The notes under the pieces: generated by a model
What the model was told of the DNA's origin: nothing
What the model saw: only the letters and a program-made list of their open reading frames with translations
Database searches by the model: none
Shown: piece by piece, positions 20,902 through 27,245 of the stretch
Layout of the letters: each line of letters starts with the position of its first letter
Numbering within the stretch: position 1 is the stretch's first letter
Assembly (NCBI GenBank): GCA_964628875.1
Contig: CAZVQE010000002.1
Coordinates: forward strand, 1-27,245
Direction: 5' to 3'
Source: an uncultured Anaerolineae bacterium
GTDB taxonomy: Bacteria; Chloroflexota; Anaerolineae; J036; Brachytrichaceae
Length of the DNA: 27,245 nt
Position numbers and translations under genes: made by a program

Positions 20902-21633
20902 CTACGGTTGCAGATACGGATTGGTTGGCACGTCCGTGTTGTCAATGGCGCTGGCGACGATCATCATCGTATGTTCGCCTTTGAGCGTCGTTTGAGTCAG
21001 TTTGCCGCGCACGCGCACCCAAGTGTCGGGCTTGAGATCAGCCGCATTATCCATTCGCACGAGGATGCCGACCGCACTCGCATCCGCCACACAACAGCTG
21101 ATGACAAACCGCGCCACCCAAAATTGATTTGTCGCCACACGTTTGTCATGAAACACAAATCCAGTCACATCAATCGTCTGCCCTTCAAAAACGCTGAGGT
21201 CTTTGGTCGCTCCAAATTCGCGCAGCCAATCCATCATTGTCTTTTCGCCGCGAATGGCGCTTACGCCAAAGTCAGACGCCGCGCGACCCGGGATGACCGT
21301 TAGGCTGCGTGTGCCGACCGCTGCCGCGCCGAGTGGTCGAGCGGGAATCATCAAACCAAACACAATCGGCAAAATCAGCAATGCAATCGTCGCCGTGCCA
21401 AGCGCATGTGAATGGGTGTGCGTGTGTACGGGCGATTCAGTGCGGCGCGCATACAACGATGACACCTGCGTCAGTGCGAGCGCCGTTAGCATCAGCAAAG
21501 CCACATACGGCAACCAAAAAAATCGCGCGTTGATGTAATAGCCGAGTGTGCCGCTGGCGATCTTGGCATACAGCATCAACGCCAGCCCGCCAAGGAGTGT
21601 GGCTTTGATGATAGAAGAAAGTGAGTTGCTCAT
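20902..21633 (-). CDS. TIGR03943/YcgQ (DUF1980)-like putative permease subunit
   Basis: GTLGYYINARF, His-rich HTHTHSH, GFVF, F.VARFVISCCVADA, DTWVRVRG. Confidence 0.85.
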   Translation of the reverse strand: MSNSLSSIIKATLLGGLALMLYAKIASGTLGYYINARFFWLPYVALLMLTALALTQVSSLYARRTESPVHTHTHSHALGTATIALLILPIVFGLMIPARPLGAAAVGTRSLTVIPGRAASDFGVSAIRGEKTMMDWLREFGATKDLSVFEGQTIDVTGFVFHDKRVATNQFWVARFVISCCVADASAVGILVRMDNAADLKPDTWVRVRGKLTQTTLKGEHTMMIVASAIDNTDVPTNPYLQP

Positions 21634-21700
21634 GTGTGCTGAGAAGTGAGACGTCTGACATCCGATGTCTCATGTCTGCAAGTGTCCGATAATCTAGCGT

Positions 21701-23884
21701 ATGGGTTCGCTCAACACTGATCTATTGGATGCTAACACACGTACACTGCTCTCGCGCGCGGCGGATGTCATGCGCAGCCGCGCCATGCCGCTCATGATGC
21801 CCGAGCATGCGTTGTTTGCGATTTTGCGCATGCCCGAGTCCACCGCAAATCGCGCCTTACAACGCTTGTCACAGACGCGCGGATTTAAGCTGACCGACCT
21901 TGAAAATGAGCTCGACACACAACTCAAGACGCGCGTCGGGCGCAGCGCCAACTTTACATTTACCACCGATCAAAACTCACCCGTTAGTCTGAGTGACGAG
22001 ATGCTCATCGCTATTGATGAGGCGCGCAGTATCGCGCTGGCTGCGGGCGAAATTTATATCGCTACCGAAGACCTGCTCGGCGCACTAGCGCAACCGGGCG
22101 TCAGTACGGCTGGCATGCTGCAAAAGCGCGGTATCACGCCCGCCGCCATCGGCGCACTCGTCAACGAAGGCATCGTCAGCAAACGCAACACGATCAGCGA
22201 TTGGGTGCAACAAGCCAAGCGCGGTCAGCTCGCGCCGCTGTATATGCGCGATGCGTTGTTGCGCGATCTGGTGTCACTGCTGTCGCTGGCGCAAGATCGC
22301 AATGTGATCTTGATCGGTGCGGCAGGCAGCGGACGGCGCAGTCTCGCGCAGTCGTTGGCGATGCTGATTGCTGAGAATAAGGGTCCGCGCGAAGTGAACT
22401 CAATCGTTGAAGTTAGTGACGTCGCATGGCTCGATAACCCGACTACGGCGATACAGATCGCGCTAAAGCAAGCCAGCGGCGGCGCATTATTCGTGCCAAA
22501 CATCCATCGTTTTTTTTCGCGTGAGCCAAAGCTGGACGCTGCCGCCAAAGAGTTGCAAAAAGCTATCGTCGCGGACGTGCTGACGCCGATCATCATCGGC
22601 ACCTGCACTGAGGCGGAGTACAACGAGCGCATACGCAACAACGCCATGATCGAGAGTCATGTGCATGTGTTGCGTGTGCCGCCCGCTACCAACGATGAGT
22701 GCACCAAGATGCTGACCATCAGCAAGCCGCTCTTTGTGCGCGACTATAACCTGACGATCAGCGACGGCGCGATTAAAACAGCGACGACGCTCGCTGGGCG
22801 CTATATCGGTGATATGCCATTGCCCGGCTCAGCCGCGACAGTCTTGCACCGCGCATGTGCCATTGCCAAAAGCGCAGACAACGCACAAACCAACCCACCG
22901 CGATCTGCCATTGACAACGATGACGTGACGCTGGCGATCAGCATGATGACCGGCATCCCCGCCAGCAAACTCGGCGCGGATGAGCGCAGTAAGTTTGCGC
23001 AGATGACGCAGACGCTCCAACAGCGCGTGATCGGACAAGATGACGCAGTGCTGTCGCTCAGCCGCGCCGTCAAGAGCGCGCGTGTCGGACTCAAAGACCC
23101 CAAGCGCCCGATTGGGTCGTTTTTATTTTTGGGACCCAGTGGCGTCGGTAAGACTGAGCTGGCGCGCGCACTCGCCGAATTTTTATTTGGCAGCGAGGAC
23201 GCGATGGTTGCCATTGACATGAGCGAGTATCAAAAAGACGACACCATCAATCGGCTGATCGGCGCGCCGCCCGGCTACGTCGGCTACGAGGGCGGCGGGC
23301 AGCTCACTGAGCGCATCCTCAAGTCGCCGTATGCGGTGGTGCTATTTGACGAAGTCGAAAAAGCGCATCCACGCATCCTCGATATATTGCTGCAGGTGAT
23401 GGAGGAGGGGCGGCTCACCGACGGACAGGGGCGCGTCGCAAATTTTAGCGAGACTGTGATTATTTTGACCAGCAACCTCGGCGCGATTTATTTGAATGAC
23501 CCTTCGCTCGGCGCACGCTCGCGCGACCTAGCCATGTCAGATGTGCGCGCGTTTTTCCGTCCCGAGTTTTTGAATCGCTTGGATGACATCGTCATGTTCT
23601 CGCCGTTGTCGCAGGATTCGCTGCGCAAGATTTTGGATCTGATGATCGTCAAAGAAGCCAAGCTCGCCAAAGAGCGCGGCATTGGTCTCGAGGTGACGCC
23701 TGCGGCGCGCGATTGGCTGATGAGCCAAAACACCGAGATCGGCATGGGCGCGCGCCCGCTGCGGCGTATCTTGCAGCGCAATGTGCGCGACAAGCTCGCG
23801 GATTATCTGCTCACACTCGACGCACCGCCGAGCAAAGTCGTTGTTGATGCGGATGCGGGCGCGTTGAAGTTTGGCGTGGGGTGA
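21701..23884 (+). CDS. Atypical Clp/Hsp100 ATPase (Clp-N repeats, degenerate AAA-1, intact AAA-2)
   Basis: Two Clp-N repeats (PEHALFAIL, TEDLLGAL); AAA-2 with GPSGVGKTELA, LIGAPPGYVGY, LFDEVEKAHP, FRPEFLNRLD; AAA-1 motifs altered. Confidence 0.9.
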   Translation: MGSLNTDLLDANTRTLLSRAADVMRSRAMPLMMPEHALFAILRMPESTANRALQRLSQTRGFKLTDLENELDTQLKTRVGRSANFTFTTDQNSPVSLSDEMLIAIDEARSIALAAGEIYIATEDLLGALAQPGVSTAGMLQKRGITPAAIGALVNEGIVSKRNTISDWVQQAKRGQLAPLYMRDALLRDLVSLLSLAQDRNVILIGAAGSGRRSLAQSLAMLIAENKGPREVNSIVEVSDVAWLDNPTTAIQIALKQASGGALFVPNIHRFFSREPKLDAAAKELQKAIVADVLTPIIIGTCTEAEYNERIRNNAMIESHVHVLRVPPATNDECTKMLTISKPLFVRDYNLTISDGAIKTATTLAGRYIGDMPLPGSAATVLHRACAIAKSADNAQTNPPRSAIDNDDVTLAISMMTGIPASKLGADERSKFAQMTQTLQQRVIGQDDAVLSLSRAVKSARVGLKDPKRPIGSFLFLGPSGVGKTELARALAEFLFGSEDAMVAIDMSEYQKDDTINRLIGAPPGYVGYEGGGQLTERILKSPYAVVLFDEVEKAHPRILDILLQVMEEGRLTDGQGRVANFSETVIILTSNLGAIYLNDPSLGARSRDLAMSDVRAFFRPEFLNRLDDIVMFSPLSQDSLRKILDLMIVKEAKLAKERGIGLEVTPAARDWLMSQNTEIGMGARPLRRILQRNVRDKLADYLLTLDAPPSKVVVDADAGALKFGVG

Positions 23885-23892
23885 TGCACATC

Positions 23893-23976
23893 GTCATTTC
23901 GAGCGGAGCGAGAAATCCATGTGAAATTAATTCACAGAGATTCCTCGCGGCGCTGAAGCGCAACGCTCGGAATGAC
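23893..23976. repeat. GTCAT...ATGAC palindromic element
   Basis: GTCATTTCGAGCGGAGCGAGAAATC...GATTCCTCGC..GCTCGGAATGAC; internal TGTGAA/TTCACA hairpin. Confidence 0.8.
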
Positions 23977-23986
23977 ATACGAAAAA

Positions 23987-24556
23987 ATGAAAGTTGAAAT
24001 CGTCCCGTATCAGTCGCGTTGGCGCGATGAGTTTGCGTCCATTGCGCATCAGTTGCGTCACGGCTTGGGCGCGATGGCATTACGCATTGATCACATTGGC
24101 TCGACGTCTGTGCCAGCGCTTGCCGCCAAAGACATCATTGATGTGCAGGTGACTGTAGCCGCGTTGGATGAATCGGTCATGCGGGCAATTTCGGCGCTTG
24201 GCTATCAACATCGCCCGCATATCACGCGCGATCACGTTACGCCTCATTTTGTTGGCGCCGATTCAAATTGGCACAAGCTCTTTTTCCGTGAGCCGCTCGG
24301 CGCGCGACGTATCAATTTACATGCGCGCGCAGCGGGCGCAGCCAATCAGCGTTACCCGATTTTGTTTCGTGATTATTTACGTGCGCATCCGATGAGCGCT
24401 GAGGCATATGCAGAATTGAAACGTCGGCTGGCTGACAATCTCGCTGACCCCGAAACCTATCCGGATGTCAAAGACCCCGCTGTTGATTTGATCTACCTTG
24501 CGGCGGAGGATTGGGCGACTGCGACGGGTTGGCAACTGCCGCCGAGCGATGCGTGA
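23987..24556 (+). CDS. GrpB/UPF0157-family protein (nucleotidyltransferase-like fold); alternative start 23972 lies inside the repeat
   Basis: VEIVPY...W, RIDHIGSTSVPALAAKDIIDVQV, ILFRDYLRAHP...Y..LK. Confidence 0.88.
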   Translation: MKVEIVPYQSRWRDEFASIAHQLRHGLGAMALRIDHIGSTSVPALAAKDIIDVQVTVAALDESVMRAISALGYQHRPHITRDHVTPHFVGADSNWHKLFFREPLGARRINLHARAAGAANQRYPILFRDYLRAHPMSAEAYAELKRRLADNLADPETYPDVKDPAVDLIYLAAEDWATATGWQLPPSDA

Positions 24557-24581
24557 CGCCGCACCGTTATAATTTTCATCA

Positions 24582-24920
24582 ATGGATAGTTCAAATTACG
24601 CGTTGGTGGTTTTATTTACAGCCATCGCGATGGTGTTGTTGTTGATCTGGGTCGTCATTGTTTTGCCGCAGCGCCGCGCCCGCAAAAATCAAGAGCTGGT
24701 GATCGAGGATCTCAAAATCGGCGAGGAGATCGTGACCATCGGCGGCGTGGTTGGCAAGCTGACCTACCTCAACCGCGAAGAAGACCTTGCGCGCATCGAG
24801 GTTGCCAAAGGCATCGAGGTGCGCATCATTCCAGCAGCGATTAGCCACCCGCTCGACTACCTCAAACGCAAAGAAGCCGCCGAGCGTGCTGCCTCACGTG
24901 CGGCGACCAAGAAGAAGTAA
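24582..24920 (+). CDS. yajC: Preprotein translocase subunit YajC-like
   Basis: N-terminal TM, LPQRR..K, LKIGEEIVTIGGVVGK, IEVAKGIEVRI...AI. Confidence 0.85.
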   Translation: MDSSNYALVVLFTAIAMVLLLIWVVIVLPQRRARKNQELVIEDLKIGEEIVTIGGVVGKLTYLNREEDLARIEVAKGIEVRIIPAAISHPLDYLKRKEAAERAASRAATKKK

Positions 24921-24929
24921 TCTCACTGT

Positions 24930-25646
24930 ATGCGCTTCGATGTTTTCACGCTGTTTCCGGCGATGTTTGTCAGTCCATTTGCCGAGAGTATCTTGCAGCG
25001 CGCGGCGCAGTCACGTCTGATTGAGATTCACACGCACAACGTGCGCGATTACACTACCGACAAGCATCATGTGACTGACGACTACGCTTATGGTGGCGGC
25101 GGTGGCATGGTCATGAAGCCCGAGCCGATCTTTAAGGCGGTCGAGAGTGTCATGAGACTTTCGGGCGGTGAATCGCGCTCAGAGCAGGGGACGATTCGTT
25201 TTGTGGAACGCGGCGCAAGCGCGCATACGCCTATCATCCTCATGTCACCGGCGGGACGCACATTTACACACAGCGTCGCCGTCGAGTTGGCGCAATTTAC
25301 GCGCGTTGCATTTGTATGCGGTCACTACGAAGGTGTGGATGAGCGCGTGCGCGATTATCTATGCACCGACGCGATTAGCATCGGCGACTATGTGCTGACG
25401 GGTGGCGAATTGCCGGCGATGGTCATGATGGATGCCATCTCGCGGCAGATCGAGGGCGTGCTGCCTGAGTTTGCGCCGCGCAATGAGTCGCACGTGGACG
25501 GCTCGCTGGAGTATCCGCATTACACACGCCCGTCTGATTTTCGTGGATGGCGCGTGCCTGATGTGTTGCTCAGCGGCGATCACGCGGCGGTTGAGCGTTG
25601 GCGGCGCGAGCAGTCATCACTGAGGACGCGAGAAAGAAACAGTTGA
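24930..25646 (+). CDS. trmD: tRNA (guanine37-N1)-methyltransferase
   Basis: [68 protein letters not shown]. Confidence 0.96.
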   Translation: MRFDVFTLFPAMFVSPFAESILQRAAQSRLIEIHTHNVRDYTTDKHHVTDDYAYGGGGGMVMKPEPIFKAVESVMRLSGGESRSEQGTIRFVERGASAHTPIILMSPAGRTFTHSVAVELAQFTRVAFVCGHYEGVDERVRDYLCTDAISIGDYVLTGGELPAMVMMDAISRQIEGVLPEFAPRNESHVDGSLEYPHYTRPSDFRGWRVPDVLLSGDHAAVERWRREQSSLRTRERNS

Positions 25647-25725
25647 ACTTGTCATTCCACCCGATGAGAAACATCTTGCATCAGTAACGTTGCGGAGGTT
25701 TCTCCCTGCGTTTGAAATGACAAGT
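25647..25725. repeat. Degenerate GTCAT...ATGAC palindromic element between convergent genes
   Basis: 10-bp terminal inverted repeat ACTTGTCATT/AATGACAAGT; internal GAGAAAC/GTTTCTC. Confidence 0.7.
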
Positions 25726-25730
25726 ACTTG

Positions 25731-26687
25731 TTAAATCATTTCACGCTCGATAATGCCACTCAGGCAGCCAATTGCGCCGGCGGCTTTGCCAAGCTCATCC
25801 ATCTTGACGGGGATGCACTGGATGCCGAGCGACTCGTAAAATTTTTGCGTAGTGTCGTTGCCGGCGCACATGATGATCTTGCGCGGGGCAATGGTGACAA
25901 AATTAAGCGCGAAGCCGTTGCGTGCCTCAAGCTCATTTGGCAAAAATTCGACGCGATAGCCGCGCGCTTTGAGCGCCTCGATGCCACGATGTACGAACCG
26001 ACCGGGCCACGCAATTGCCAAATCTTTATCCACGATGCGCAACATGCCCATCAGGTGCATCGAACCAAATACAAGATCAACTTGCACCACGCTGATGCCC
26101 AATTCACCCAGCAACGTTGCAATCTGTCGCGCGCCCTCATCATTGGTGCGCAAGCCGCGCCCAAGGATGACGGTCTTGGGGTCGAGCCACATCATGTCTG
26201 CGCCCTCAAACGTGCCGCGACCGCCGATGCTGCGCACAATTGGAGCGCCGATATTGGCGAGAGCTTGAGCGGCGATGCGCTCCTCGCCTGCGCGCACGCG
26301 TGAGGCTGGACGCGCCACAATCGCACCCTCAGGCGTCATGACAAATACATCTGCCATAAACATTTGATTGGGCGTTGCAGGCTCAGGTGGCTTGACGTAA
26401 TGTACGTGTATGCCGTTGTTGCGATAGGTTTGCGCGAGCGTGTCATGCTCAGCCTGCGCCTTGGCGATGTCGAGTGAATCGAGCATATTGACGGCGCGTG
26501 GGTCAGCCGATGCCGCTAGCTCAGCGCCCGGACGATGCAGCAGCACTGCGCGCAACGGCGCATATTCACTGTTGATGCCACACTTCGCCCATAGCGTGCC
26601 TAATTCCTCAGAGAGTGATGTCGGACGCAGCGTCCAACCCTCGCCACCATACGCCGATTTTGTGTGTGTATTAGTTCGATCTGCCAT
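25731..26687 (-). CDS. Amidinotransferase / DDAH / arginine-deiminase superfamily hydrolase (start moved to ATG 26687)
   Basis: SEYAPLRAVLLHRPG, R.GEE, FEGAD, RTN..G, MHL, N...I.P, C-terminal GAIGCLS catalytic Cys. Confidence 0.88.
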   Translation of the reverse strand: MADRTNTHTKSAYGGEGWTLRPTSLSEELGTLWAKCGINSEYAPLRAVLLHRPGAELAASADPRAVNMLDSLDIAKAQAEHDTLAQTYRNNGIHVHYVKPPEPATPNQMFMADVFVMTPEGAIVARPASRVRAGEERIAAQALANIGAPIVRSIGGRGTFEGADMMWLDPKTVILGRGLRTNDEGARQIATLLGELGISVVQVDLVFGSMHLMGMLRIVDKDLAIAWPGRFVHRGIEALKARGYRVEFLPNELEARNGFALNFVTIAPRKIIMCAGNDTTQKFYESLGIQCIPVKMDELGKAAGAIGCLSGIIEREMI

Positions 26688-26726
26688 AAATAAAAACTCC
26701 GCTGACACCAGTGTATCAGCGGAGTT
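26688..26726 (-). terminator. Intrinsic terminator after the TRAP solute-binding protein gene
   Basis: 11-bp stem AACTCCGCTGA/TCAGCGGAGTT followed on the minus strand by TTTATTT. Confidence 0.7.
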
Positions 26727-26750
26727 GTAGCTCACGAAGTAGAAATTAAT

Positions 26751-27245
26751 TTACTTCTTCGCCGGATTGACGTAGTTTTGCAAGATTGTTTCAGCTTGGC
26801 TGTGATACTTGCGAATGCCGTCGCGGAAAACCTTCCAGTCGTCGTAGACCATCTTGACATCTGGGTCTTTGGCGGCTTGTTCATCAAGCAACTCATAGGC
26901 TGTCTTTTGTGCGGCTTCTAGCACATCTGCCGGAAATGCCTTGAATGTCACGCCCTCTTTGACGAGCTTCTCATACGCTTCGGGGCATTTTGCATCGTAG
27001 CGTGAGATCATGGTCGTGTTGGCTTCATGTGCAGCAGCTTGGACGATCTCTTTGTATTCTTGCGGCAGCTTGTTAAACTCGTTGATGTTAATGAGAACGT
27101 CGAGTGTGGGGGCTGGCTCCCAGAAGCCCGGGTAGTAGCAAATCTTGGCAACTTTGTAGAAGCCGAGTTTTTCGTCGTCGTAGGGGCCGACCCATTCGGC
27201 TGAATCAACTGCGCCGGTTTGCAAGGCTTGGAAGATTTCGCCACC
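26751..27245 (-). CDS. TRAP transporter solute-binding protein (DctP/TakP-like), 5' end outside the window
   Basis: The frame stays open to the window edge: GGEIFQALQTGAVDSAEWVGPYDDEKLGFYKVAK..YYPGFWEP, N...LP..Y..I. Confidence 0.9.
   Translation of the reverse strand, partial: GGEIFQALQTGAVDSAEWVGPYDDEKLGFYKVAKICYYPGFWEPAPTLDVLININEFNKLPQEYKEIVQAAAHEANTTMISRYDAKCPEAYEKLVKEGVTFKAFPADVLEAAQKTAYELLDEQAAKDPDVKMVYDDWKVFRDGIRKYHSQAETILQNYVNPAKK

Noticed and set aside
21634-21700. CIRCE, HAIR or CtsR heat-shock operator upstream of clp
   Set aside because: No match to TTAGCACTC-N9-GAGTGCTAA, CTTGAGT-N7-ACTCAAG or tandem GGTCAAA heptads.
21701-23884. Clp gene as a pseudogene
   Set aside because: No stops or frameshifts over 727 codons, AAA-2 is fully conserved and a promoter-like box is present; kept as a CDS.
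13164-25725. Palindromic repeats read as a CRISPR array or as IS elements
   Set aside because: Copies are kilobases apart and diverged, with no regular spacers, cas genes, transposase ORF or evident target-site duplications.
25728-26303. 191-aa plus-strand ORF
   Set aside because: Fully antisense to the amidinotransferase, which has clear catalytic motifs; no features of its own.
26688-26735. GTG start at 26735 for the amidinotransferase
   Set aside because: The extension would translate through the terminator hairpin; ATG 26687 is preferred, though not proven.
1-27245. tRNA, rRNA or known riboswitches
   Set aside because: No cloverleaf, T-loop or rRNA signatures, and no recognisable T-box, SAM, TPP or cobalamin motifs in the intergenic regions by eye. 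An Infernal/tRNAscan run would be needed to exclude them formally.

Overview
Bacterial chromosomal segment of mostly housekeeping and envelope genes. It is probably Chloroflexota (Anaerolineae-like); this is an inference from the Pro/Ala/Thr-linkered lipoproteins, large GT-C membrane proteins and N-terminally extended RecG. Left to right: a 3'-truncated DeoR-family regulator missed by the ORF track, rdgB, a cysteine-desulfurase-like PLP enzyme and a YfhO-family GT-C protein. Next come two tandem peptide/nickel-type ABC modules (SBP plus two permeases each, no ATPase genes), followed by a minus-strand run of recG, antitoxin, relE, coaD, a SepIVA/DivIVA-like gene and a GT39-like glycosyltransferase. 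The right part holds an XRE/membrane-protein operon with a clear promoter and two operators, a TIGR03943-type protein, an atypical Clp ATPase, grpB-like, yajC-like, trmD, an amidinotransferase-family gene and a 5'-truncated TRAP solute-binding protein. I saw no rRNA, tRNA, CRISPR array or transposase. The strongest oddities are: (1) a circularly permuted family-5 solute-binding protein; (2) a 90-bp GTCAT...ATGAC palindromic element inserted in frame in a glycosyltransferase gene, with four intergenic relatives; (3) a Clp/Hsp100 protein with a degenerate first AAA+ module, no M-domain and no ClpP-docking loop; (4) a RelE-type toxin-antitoxin pair between recG and coaD, coupled to coaD. All family assignments come from motif recognition by eye; no database searches were run.
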